A stretch of DNA of 47,321 bases, taken from positions 29,021,728 through 29,069,048 of the forward strand of contig NC_068992.1 of the NCBI RefSeq assembly GCF_001194135.2, read 5' to 3'. Source of the DNA: Octopus bimaculoides (Eukaryota). How positions within the stretch are numbered: position 1 is the first letter of the stretch; the number at the start of each line of letters is the position of its first letter. The notes beneath the pieces are model-generated. The model searched no databases. It saw only the letters and a program-made list of their open reading frames with translations, and was not told the DNA's origin. The position numbers and the translations under genes were made by a program. Shown piece after piece: positions 36,584-47,321 of this stretch.

Positions 36584-37015
36584 TTATTTGCCAACATAAT
36601 GTGGCAGTGGAATGTTACTGCTATTTAGCCCCAGGAAACATCGTTGCCAGCTGGTAATACGACACACTATCTGCGTCCTTACATTTTCGAACAAGGGTGT
36701 TTAATATCCCCACTCCGCACAAAACAACGTCTGTGTATCACGATTTCTGGGTTATTTCTGTTTATCAGCACAGAATAACTGTTCGGCTAGAGGTGGCGCT
36801 GCTAAAATCTTGTTTCAAACTGACAAACAATCACTGATGAAATAGAACAGAATTTGTATTTGTAAATCTCTCAACGAGAGACATTCAGTAACAGTACTCT
36901 AGAATAAAGATTATTTGCCAACATAATGTGGCAGTAGAATGTTACTGTTATTTAACCCCGGGAAACATCATCTCCAGCTCGCTATACGACACACTATCTG
37001 TGTCCTTATATTTTC
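36584..37015 (+). repeat. Tandem LTR-like unit (327-bp period) with TGTGGCA...TGCCAACA termini
   Basis: 36584-36688 is repeated at 36911-37015. Unit 36600-36923 has inverted TG..CA ends and AATAAAG near its 3' end; the junctions are CA-TAA-TG. Confidence 0.65.
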
Positions 37016-37319
37016 TGGCAGAGTGAATTGCGTCATGGTGCTGTTTTTCTCAAAGACGGTGCCCAATTGACACTACTATACTGTGTAGTCGACAAAACCC
37101 AAAACAAACAATTCGCGAAATTAAAAATTTTAAATGGTGACAATTTACGCATCGCACCCTCTTCCTCCCCCTCTCTCTCTATATGTAGGGTTTGTTTTCT
37201 GCCATCGCTCGACAATCGCTGTTTACCACCCTGTAACTTAGTCGTGCGGCAAAAGCAACCAACAAAATAAGTAGCTTGCTTTAAAGATAATTAGTGATGT
37301 AGATTCGCTGGGTTAAAGC

Positions 37320-37390
37320 CTTCAGAGCGGTGCCCCAGCATATCCACATTCCATTTACTTAAACAAGTAAAAAGTAAATGATAAAGATAT
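37320..37390 (+). mobile_element. SINE tail fragment (16925 family)
   Basis: GCGGTGCCCCAGCAT...AAACAAGTAAAAGTAAATGATAAAG. Confidence 0.5.
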
Positions 37391-37519
37391 CATTGATTGT
37401 AATATGCTAAGAATTGCGTGCAATAACTGAAATCCTATGCACGCTTTCTCACTTCGCAGGTTAGACACATATGAGATACATAACTTTTGATCCTTACTAA
37501 GTCCGCAAATAACATTTTC

Positions 37520-39900
37520 ATTTTTCCATTTGTTGATATATCTTCAAACTAAACAAGTTTAGACAAATAATATAACGACATTAGCTCACGTGCAAACTAT
37601 ATAAATGTAACAATATTAAGATCATGTTAAAACATGAAATATTTGAAAATTCATAAACATTGGAAAGTTCACTGATTACGTGGATAAAAATACTTGTCCT
37701 AGTCTAAATTTACAAGCTGTGTCCTCAATAAAGTTCTACAATTGGATCGGTCACACTTTTGAACTGTTAGAGTTGAGTTTATTGTTGGTAGTTTCGCATT
37801 GGTAAGTTTTTTTAGGGACTTTAATTAGCTCTGGCATTTGATTATTTTGTATGGTTCAGGTGCCTTTTTCCATTTTTGGATCTTGGCTCAATAACGATAT
37901 GTTTTGATGGATAATGCTGATTGGGTGTATCTAAACTGATTTTGGCTTTTCTTAATTCTTCAGTGTTTACTGCTTTGACGCATTCTGTTCTATTCCCTAT
38001 TAGTGTAGACGGGTACTTTACATCATGTAGTGCTTGTTTTATTTCAAGGAGTTCTTATTTTGAATATTCGGACTGGAAACAATTGTTCAGAGTTTTCCAG
38101 CAAGTTTAAATGGAATATCGGATTTGATATGTTTTGGATAGCATGAAGACAATAATTGGTTTGTAGTAGATGGTTTCTATGTTTGAGTCATTCTTAATAA
38201 TCAAAATTTCTAAGAAGGGTAGTAGGCTATGGTCAAATGCTATGGGGAACTGAAAATGTTATGCTATTGAGTAGGAATTTTAAGTCATTGATTTCATCTA
38301 AGTTGTATGTCCATTGAATAAAGGTAGGTCACCAAAGTATCGTTTCCAACTTCTCACCAGATAAGATAAAGTTAATACCGTACTCTCTTTTGGCATGTTC
38401 ATACATTTGTACTTCTATATAAGCCATAACTAAGCTGGTGTATGTTGGGGGTAACCGTCGTACCCATCACAATTCCAGATATTTGTTTGTAGGTGTCTTT
38501 CTCGAAAATGAAGTTGCTTTGAAGGGTAAGTTTCAATCCTTCTGAGATTAATTTTTGATAAATTCGGTCTGGAATTTCATCAAGGAATTTCCTTTGCCAA
38601 AAAGTTATTGTCTCTAGTTTGTACCCGTGTAGGATGGTTGTATAAAAATTTATTAAATCAAATGAAAGGATTATGGTATCCCTGTTAACTTTTTGCAAGA
38701 GATTGTTTAACAGGTCTAGGTCATCCTTATAAGACTAGGTGTAAATTTTAAGAGAGATTTCAAGAGTATGTCAAGGAAGTTGCTAAGCCCGTGAGTTTCC
38801 CAAGCTGGGTCTGCTGCAATCAGTTTTAATTTGTGATCCTTCAGAAAGGGTAATCTTATGCAGACTGAGAGTGATTCGTTGCAAGTATCATTAATTATTT
38901 TAATTTTGTGGATTTTGGGAAGAAGGTGGTTTTGGCCGCAGAAGGAACTAATTGTGGCTATATGATTAGAAAATCTATATTAGTTAAGCCTTTTTCGTGT
39001 TGGTTTATGAGAATGTTATTCTGGTTGTGTTTCTAAGTCTGTGGTCATATGCTCCGTTTCTTTCCATTTTCTGGAATAATTGTTATCATTTGTATTTCTG
39101 TATAGAGGCTGTTCATGTCTAGGGTAGTTTCTCTTGTGTTAATTAGAGGTTTTTGTGTGTATTGAAATATCCAGTTTTGTAAGATGTTCTGATATGGTGG
39201 AGAGGAATTAGAGAATCTCCTAGTGGGTTTATTTTGTTGATTGAAGAACCTGAAATTGGGGTTGTGTCTTGCAAATCTTTGATGGGTATAATTCTTAATT
39301 TTCGATGCTTGTTTGGTCGTTTGTGAGTAAAACTGGTCTGCTTCAATTTTCCACAGAAATGAATTAGCATTATTTTCTGTTTGAAGATCTTTTTCGTATC
39401 TATTAAACCGGACAGCGTTCCTTTCCCAACGTCAAAGCGATATCGATTCTTCACTTAAACATTGTTCTCTCAGGAGTTTAAAAGTGTTTTCAAAAAGAAT
39501 GCCTTCGGACATTTTAGAAATTTACATTTCCATATATTCGTCAACAAACTTGACTTTTTCTTCATTTATGCTGGCTCTAAGACGCAATAGGTGAATTTCC
39601 ATTTATCATTTTTCTATAACCATCCTTCATCTGAGTTTCGTTTGTTCTTCCGGTTCATTTTTGAGTGGTTTTGTTTGAAATGTTCGGGGAAGACTCACTG
39701 GAGTTGTATTTAATCAATTTTCATATATATTTGCTTTGAAATTGTTCCTTAACAAATACATGAACCCAGATTTTCGGGTTGTGAGGTTCTCATTCTAGAT
39801 ATAATTTAAACTGTGTTTGATCGAGTATATTTGCTGATCCAGATCGGTAATGTTGATTCCTTGATTCGAGTTTAAATTTTGTTCCGTGTTCTGTGGAGTT
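37520..39900 (-). mobile_element. Penelope-like retroelement relic (Penelope/Neptune-type RT plus GIY-YIG)
   Basis: Minus strand LLPKIHK; ILSFDLINFYTTILH; FIFEKDTYKQISGIVMGT. The upstream boundary is uncertain. Confidence 0.8.
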
Positions 39901-40215
39901 GCCGTCTCTATTATGTTACATGTTTGGTAAGAGTATAGATAATCACTGTCTACTCACTACACAAATTTCTTTTGTATAACTCTGAAATTCTTCGATTTTT
40001 TTAGGTCTGGATAGAGAGAGCTTACAAGAGATCTCTTTAAGTTGTGTGAGGATATTTTCGTTCCTTGTATTTTCATCTTTATCGGATTTTGCATGCATAT
40101 ATACATACATACATACATACATACATACATACATACATAAGTACATATGTATGAGGGTCAATACGCATTATATACTATTTGTGTTAAAAACCTAAAATTT
40201 ATATTTTATTCTTGA

Positions 40216-40296
40216 TCCACCTGAAGAAACCAGTTTTTACATGATTAAATTGTTTTGTTCATCAATAAAGAGCGTCTCTGAAACAGTTGTAGTGAA
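40216..40296 (+). ncRNA. Degenerate type I hammerhead motif
   Basis: TCCAC-CTGAAGA...GAAA-CAGTTG-TA-GTGAA. Stems I and III are near-complementary; stem II is not evident. Confidence 0.4.
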
Positions 40297-40624
40297 CCTC
40301 AGCCAACCTGTGTAATTATTTGTATATACATATATATGGGTATATCGTAAACCCATCTGTTGTAAACGACAGGTGAAAGTACCGTAATATCTTGGTGAAC
40401 AACATGCACAGGTGATTAGTTTATATAGTGATCACATTAGCTTGCCTCTTCCTTAAATCAACGTTGCTTGTATAGGTGCAGGGTGTACTACACGTCAGAT
40501 GTCTAAGTGATATCAGAGCAACGAGAAACGAAATGTTGCTCACGAACAGAATGTAACGCCCGGGAGGGAATCGAAAATAATACATGAAACACACTAACCA
40601 CTAAGCTATGCATCCACACACACG

Positions 40625-40679
<55 letters not shown>

Positions 40680-42098
40680 ATAGATAGACAGATACACAAC
40701 AACTGTTCAGAAAATGTTTGTTTCCGTTCGGTTTCCTTGTGTGTCTCCACTGTCATGTTTTTGTTCCCAACTTTGGCCCTCCATAAATCCTAAATTATAT
40801 TTTAGAATTTATGGGAACAACTGTCTTTGAAGACTCATATTGTCGTNNNNNNNNNNNNNNNNNNNNNNNNNNNNNNNNNNNNNNNNNNNNNNNNNNNNNN
40901 NNNNNNNNNNNNNNNNNNNNNNNNNNNNNNNNNNNNNNNNNNNNNNNNNNNNNNNNNNNNNNNNNNNNNNNNNNNNNNNNNNNNNNNNNNNNNNNNNNNN
41001 NNNNNNNNNNNNNNNNNNNNNNNNNNNNNNNNNNNNNNNNNNNNNNNNNNNNNNNNNNNNNNNNNNNNNNNNNNNNNNNNNNNNNNNNNNNNNNNNNNNN
41101 NNNNNNNNNNNNNNNNNNNNNNNNNNNNNNNNNNNNNNNNNNNNNNNNNNNNNNNNNNNNNNNNNNNNNNNNNNNNNNNNNNNNNNNNNNNNNNNNNNNN
41201 NNNNNNNNNNNNNNNNNNNNNNNNNNNNNNNNNNNNNNNNNNNNNNNNNNNNNNNNNNNNNNNNNNNNNNNNNNNNNNNNNNNNNNNNNNNNNNNNNNNN
41301 NNNNNNNNNNNNNNNNNNNNNNNNNNNNNNNNNNNNNNNNNNNNNNNNNNNNNNNNNNNNNNNNNNNNNNNNNNNNNNNNNNNNNNNNNNNNNNNNNNNN
41401 NNNNNNNATATATATATATATATATAGATATTGATATCCACTGTTTCCGTTAAATGATACACTCAATATTATAAGTATTGAGTCCTCTTTTTCTTCAGTT
41501 AGTAACACGTAACTGTCTAGACTTACACATGCGCACGCGCACACCCACACACATAAACACATACGCAAGCAGTTATATGAACTTACGTACTTCGATATAT
41601 ACCAACATGTATAATCGTCTATACACATATACGCAATCTCATATACACACACATACGCACACACACACACACACACACACAGATGGATAGGATACTATCT
41701 ACATGTTAATTAACATTAAATAGCTGAAAGCATACGCAAGGGTTAATTAAGATTTTAGTCAGCTTAAATGGCAATTAAAATGAATTTATTTCAATGAGAA
41801 GTAGAAATAATTTGCGGGTGTGATTTGCAAAGATCGCCCCGCTGAGCTAACAACGTAGATTGGAAGTTATGAGATAAGTGGTCAAAACGAATTAAGAAAA
41901 TCCGCTTTTGAACACTACAAGATACATATATAGACACTAACATATGCGTGTGCATGCGTATATATGTATATGTGAATGTATATGTGTATATAGATTTATA
42001 GACAAACATGCATGTATATACATACACTCACATTTAATCATTTTATCTTATTTAATCATTTCATACGCTTTTAGCTATGTAATGTTAATTACTGTTGA

Positions 42099-42147
<49 letters not shown>

Positions 42148-42639
42148 CAAATCAAAATAATAAGAGGTAAAAAGAACAAAAATCAATTAGGCGTACACAG
42201 TGATTGATGCTCAGTGAAAGTTTTAGGTGACAAAATAGGAGTTAGAATGATGTTTCGCGCATGGCTCTTCGTCGGAAAGAGGTAAAAATCTAGGGAGGAG
42301 TAAAAAAGGGGAAAGCGCCGAAAAATAAATGATCGGAAGCTGGAATAAGATAGAGAATGGCGAGAGTACAAAAATGGCTATTGAGTTCAGGAGTGTGTAC
42401 GTGTGTGCATGTGTTTGTGTGTGTATGAGAGTGTGTCTCTGTGTGAGAAACTTGTTTGTGTGAAGTATATATGTGACTTTTTATTTGTGGGCTGCGTGTA
42501 ATGTATGTGTATATTTGGGAGTGCTACGTATGATGGTAGTATATGTGTTTGTTTTTGTCTGAGTGTTTAGTGTGAGAGTGTGAATCTAAGGAGCTCAGCA
42601 GAGGAAAAGAGAATGAGAGCGAATGATAGAGAAAAGAAA

Positions 42640-42930
42640 GTTGGAATCCTTTACAAGACGGAGAGGGGATGTCAAGTCCAACCGGTGTATGAGTTCATAG
42701 TCAGAAAATATACCGTTGCTCCTGGAGAAGTCTAGAGGTTGTGGGTCTGTACTTTAAGCCCAGGCCGAAGGCAGTGAGGTATTCGGTGGAGTGGTTGGTC
42801 AAACAGAAATGACGGGCGACGGTGTTCATTTTTGGAGGTGAATTTCTCATAAATGTTTCACGTCTATCAGCTAGACGGCGGCCAGACTGTCCAGCATATA
42901 GTGAGCCACTAGGGGAACAGATGAAGCAAT
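42640..42930 (-). mobile_element. Penelope-like GIY-YIG C-terminal fragment
   Basis: Minus strand YAGQSGRRLADR...VARHFCLTNHS...LQEQRYIF*L*THTPVGLD. Confidence 0.7.
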
Positions 42931-43043
42931 CTCAGCCTTATAGTCCTAAAGCTTGGAAAAGACCTTCCATTCCTCTTTTGATGAACACAAACACACGCAC
43001 GCACACACACACACACACACACGCACGCGCACACACACACACA

Positions 43044-43099
<56 letters not shown>

Positions 43100-43521
43100 N
43101 NNNNNNNNNNNNNNNNNNNNNNNNNNNNNNNNNNNNNNNNNNNNNNNNNNNNNNNNNNNNNNNNNNNNNNNNNNNNNNNNNNNNNNNNNNNNNNNNNNNN
43201 NNNNNNNNNNNNNNNNNNNNNNNNNNNNNNNNNNNNNNNNNNNNNNNNNNNNNNNNNNNNNNNNNNNNNNNNNNNNNNNNNNNNNNNNNNNNNNNNNNNN
43301 NNNNNNNNNNNNNNNNNNNNNNNNNNNNNNNNNNNNNNNNNNNNNNNNNNNNNNNNNNNNNNNNNNNNNNNNNNNNNNNNNNNNNNNNNNNNNNNNNNNN
43401 NNNNNNNNNNNNNNNNNNNNNNNNNNNNNNNNNNNNNNNNNNNNNNNNNNNNNNNNNNNNNNNNNNNNNNNNNNNNNNNNNNNNNNNNNNNNNNNNNNNN
43501 NNNNNNNNNNNNNNNNNNNNN

Positions 43522-43888
43522 NGTGGTTAGGGCAGTGGACTCGCGGTCACGGAATCGCGGTTTCGATTCCCAGACCGGGCGTTGTGAGTGTTTATTGAGC
43601 GAAACAGCCCCACGAGGCTCCGGCAGGAGATGGTGGCGAACCCTGCTGTACTCTTCCACCACAACTTTCTCTCACTCTTACTTCCTGTTTCTGTTGTGCC
43701 TGTAATTCAAAGGGTCAGCCTTGTCACACTGTGTCACGCTGAATATCCCCGAGAACTACGTTAAAGGTACACGTGTCTGTGGAGTGCTCAGCCACTTGCA
43801 CGTTAATTTCACGAGCAGGCTGTTCCGTTGATCGGATCAACTGGAACCCTCGACGTCGTAAGCGACGGAGTCCAACAACAACAACAAC
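43522..43888 (+). mobile_element. tRNA-derived SINE with (CAA)n tail
   Basis: GTGGTTAG A-box remnant after the gap, GGTTTCGATTCCC B-box, 3' CGTCGTAAGCGACGGAGT-(CAA)n. Confidence 0.8.
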
Positions 43889-43949
43889 ATTTATGTTATC
43901 TATTTGTCTGCCAGCTTATCTGTCAGTCTGTTTGCCTACCTACCATAGA

Positions 43950-44420
43950 TCTATCAATCTCAAAAGTTTTATCAACTCACCGAAAAATAATTCAAGAATC
44001 ACAAATTGTCATCGGCCAAAGACAAGACCAAATCTCAAAAGACTCCAAAGAAAGGTGAAATTCATATGAAGAAGAAATAATGTAGATAAAAGTTGATCAG
44101 GGAACGATCAGCAGATTCAAGAATGAGAAGAAATTGAAGTTTAATGCAATCATAAATTGCAAAACAAAAAATATCATCTTCTGCTTCACATGCTACCAAT
44201 GCAATGAGAGCTACATCGGTCTAACAGGATCAAAATTAAATTCTTCATGTGAGAGTGAGTGCATAAACAACAAATTAAGAATTCGTCTTTTAGAAATATT
44301 CCTCATAGACATTCATTTTATGTGGAAAAATCAAAACATTCCCCCATTCAATGTAAAAAGTGATTAACTACGAAAGGCAAATAAGAATATTTTGTAAGAA
44401 TTCTAAATCCGAAAGTAAAC
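43950..44420 (+). mobile_element. Penelope-like GIY-YIG fragment
   Basis: IVIGQRQD, NCKTKNIIFCFTCYQCNESYIGLTGSKLN, then frameshifted VHKQQIKNSSFRNIP. Confidence 0.85.
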
Positions 44421-45229
44421 CGGAAATACTCAACATCACTGTTAAAGATAACTCTCTTTATACAGATTGCTCCATTATACGTGGGTTTGAAAAATGAAAT
44501 GACGAAACCGCTGACACACACAATATGAAGAATTCATTCCAAAACGTTCGTATCCTTTTATTTTTCTAAGACTTTTTAAAGTAGTTAATAACTTTTATGA
44601 AAAGCTTACCTTCAAATATTATGACTGTGTCATCTATTTTTTGCAAAAATATAAATAAAAATATGCATAAATGCAAGATTCAAGGATCAAGGTGTCGGAA
44701 GTTAGTAAGTTTTGAACAATCCGTAGAAAGTATAAAAAATAAAATTTGAAGAACAATAGTGATTTATTGAAGCAGAAGGTTGGAAATGTTTCCCATATCG
44801 AAGTTTAATAAGCTGAAAAAAATTATGTTATAGTTCACATTTAGCATCTGGGGTTTCTGTGTATGCGAATAAAAATTCACATTTAGGGAATGGAGTAGAT
44901 AAAAATCCAGGCTACATATCCAGGAAGTAGTAATTACCAAACGAGAGGTAAACCGCTAGCTACCTTAGTCAAATGGAAGTTAAATTGTCGTCAAGGGAGC
45001 CCGTGTTAAATCGCACTGTATATATATATATATATATATATATGTTAATTCTCTAAGTGAAGTATTAACAGTAACTGCACGATAAAGTGTAGTATATTGC
45101 CACTTAAGTGTGGCTGNNNNNNNNNNNNNNNNNNNNNNNNNNNNNNNNNNNNNNNNNNNNNNNNNNNNNNNNNNNNNNNNNNNNNNNNNNNNNNNNNNNN
45201 NNNNNNNNNNNNNNNNNNNNNNNNNNNAA

Positions 45230-45345
45230 ACAACAGACGAGGACAGGTGGTGTAAACAACAAAAGGATGTATTAGTTTAACGCTCGGGAATAGAGGAAGT
45301 CTTTAACGTTTCGAGCTACGCTCTTCAACAAAAAGAAATAAGGAG
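45230..45345 (-). mobile_element. Short repeat carrying a non-canonical hammerhead-like fold (45300-45336)
   Basis: Minus strand TCTTT-TTGTTGA-A-GAGC-GTA-GCTC-GAAA-CG-TT-AAAGA. Confidence 0.4.
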
Positions 45346-45876
45346 AAAAACAAGGAGAAAAAAATTTAAATGTCGTGGTCAGCGATGTGTGTATGTGTGT
45401 GTGTGTGTGTGTGTGTGCGTGCCTATGTATGTAGGTAGATATGTGTATGTATGTGTATGTATTTTTCTTCCTCTTCTTCTTTTCTTCCTTCACTTTCGTC
45501 TTCTTCCACTCATTTTCCTCCACCCCTTCCCCTTATCCTTCCTCTTCTTATGTGTAATCCGCCTCTTTATTCCCCACCACTACATAGTACCTACTCTACT
45601 TACACATCCCAAATCCATACTTAACATTTTTTTTCTTTTTATTTTCTCCCGATATATGCCAAACAACAATGTCTGAAGGACGCACAATGTGACAACACAC
45701 CTTTCATGCAAGTCTGATGAAGTGCATCTCTAATGTCTAAACCGAAAACATTACGTGAATTTTCATTTAGAATTTTTGCGTGAACTGGCGTTGCAAATAG
45801 AGATGGTACAGAAACAATTATAACTTATAATTAAAGATGTGTTAAAGAATTTTCTTTGTCTTCTTCTCTTCATTGG

Positions 45877-45911
<35 letters not shown>

Positions 45912-45931
45912 GAAAAACAGAAAAAATAGAA

Positions 45932-46265
45932 TTCTATATTTAAGAGGTGAGGAATTATGTACATTATTTACATTTGACGGATATTTGTCCTCATCTTGTT
46001 TGAAGACACTACGCCATATGACGTAGTGGTTAAGAGCGCGGACTACTAACCCCAAGATTCCGAGTTCGATTCCAGGTGGTGACCTGAATAATAATAATAA
46101 TAATAATAACAACAACAACAACATCAAAAAATACCTTAGGAATGATAGCCCAGGTTCGAAATTTCCCCAAGACACCTGACGAAGGCTGGAGGGTGTATCA
46201 GCCGAAACGATGTGTTAAAAACAAACAAGATGAGGACAAATATCCGTCAAGTGTAAATAATGTAA
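45932..46265 (+). mobile_element. Second locus of the tRNA-headed hammerhead element, with 5' inverted tail fragment
   Basis: Inverted tail 45932-46002; A-box TAGTGGTTAAG 46024; B-box GAGTTCGATTCC 46062; (AAT)n; hammerhead 46171-46216; tail to 46265. Confidence 0.85.
46171..46216 (+). ncRNA. Type I hammerhead motif with U16.1 to A substitution
   Basis: GACAC-CTGACGA-A-GGCTG/CAGCC-GAAA-CG-AT-GTGTT. Confidence 0.55.
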
Positions 46266-47253
46266 AGAAAAACTTGAAAATGCACTGAGAATAGTTAAAA
46301 TATTTTTTATCATTATATTTAAAAATTTAATCGGTTTCACAGTTTGTATTGATTTTCAAAAATTTGAAATAGAAAGACGTGGCTCATGTCGCAGTTGTTT
46401 TGCATCTGACTAGTGTTTGAAGCTTGCCCTATTTTTATAGGGAGTTCATGGCTGAAATTAGAATATGCTTTGAATAGGGTTTGATTGATAGAAGATAGTC
46501 ACATGACTGGTCTTAGAAATTTTTGTAGATTCCCCGCTACGTCAGTGCGTTAGTATCAAGCGACAATGTTTAGCTACTTAACACGATGGATCTATACAGT
46601 TAACAACTTAAACTTTAGCTGCTGGAGGACTACATACAAACAACTCCTCACCAGACACATTGAATTTGGAGTACTTTGATTGTAACTAAACATATTTACT
46701 CAACCGTGTCGGCCTTCATTTTAGGAGTAAAATATACTGCCACGTGACATTAACGCACGGTCGTAGCAGGAGACGTACAGAATGTTCTAAACTCAATCAC
46801 GTGTTCATTCTCTACAAACACTTCAGAGCATTGATTGTGTAGTACTACCACTAGACTTGTTCAGTCAACCGTGTCAGCCTTAACTCAAGACGCTAAACAT
46901 TGTCACTTGATACTAACACACGGACATAGCAGGGAACCTACAAAAATTTCTAAGACCTGTCATGTGACTATCCTCCACCAATCAAGCCCTTTCAAAGCAT
47001 ATACTAATTTGAGCCATGAACTCCCTATAGAAATAAAGCAGCTTCAAACACTAGTAAGAAGCAAACCAGCTGCGACATAAGTCACGTTTTTCTATTTCAA
47101 ATTTTTGAAAATCAATGTAAATTATGAAACCAGTTAATTTTTAACTATAATAATGAAAAATATTTTAACTTTTCTCAGCGCATTTTCAACTTCTGTTTTT
47201 CATATATATATTTTCATATATTTATTCCGTGTGGAATAAAATAGCCTTGTTCG

Positions 47254-47264
47254 CTCTCTCTCTT

Positions 47265-47321
<57 letters not shown>
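47254..47321. repeat. (CT)n microsatellite
   Basis: Direct reading. Confidence 0.95.

Larger units (their letters stand above)
8345..45227. other. Eight assembly gaps: 8345-8428, 17584-17713, 19072-19370, 27244-27426, 34263-34870, 40847-41407, 43100-43521, 45117-45227
   Basis: N runs, most abutting microsatellites. The span given covers the first to the last gap only. Confidence 0.98.
45911..47202. mobile_element. Foldback element with about 310-bp TIRs in (TA)n; left terminus interrupted by an insertion
   Basis: About 46270-46574 is the reverse complement of 46892-47195. The terminal TGAAAAACAGAA (45911-45922) matches the right end TTCTGTTTTTCA (47191-47202). Confidence 0.85.

Noticed and set aside
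45710-45760. CTGATGA...CCGAAAAC motif
   Set aside because: No consistent stems I, II or III.
2161-46175. Many ORFs rich in YI, CV, HT, poly-L/N/I/Y or X
   Set aside because: They are translations of (TA)n, (CA)n, (AAT)n microsatellites or N gaps, not genes.

Overview
Repeat-saturated eukaryotic non-genic DNA (intergenic or intronic) with 8 assembly gaps. I found no supportable host-gene exon. The repeat landscape and a mollusc-like ND4L/ND4 NUMT suggest a cephalopod, probably Octopus; this is an inference. Contents: about 10 decayed R4/Dong-like (RLE-type) LINE relics (9 of 10 on +), 6 Penelope-like (PLE) RT/GIY-YIG relics, several tRNA-derived SINE families, Tc1/mariner fragments, a deleted Gypsy with its 3' LTR, a tandem LTR-like unit, three inverted-repeat (MITE/foldback) elements in TA runs, and abundant microsatellites that account for most of the ORF track. 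The most interesting signal is RNA-level. There are about 9 type I hammerhead-ribozyme-like motifs, from near-canonical to decayed. They include a two-locus non-autonomous element built as tRNA-like Pol III head + (AAT)n + hammerhead + tail, which at both loci carries an inverted copy of its own tail. This is a candidate PLE-mobilised ribozyme SINE. All coordinates and alignments were read by eye; boundaries of decayed elements are approximate.
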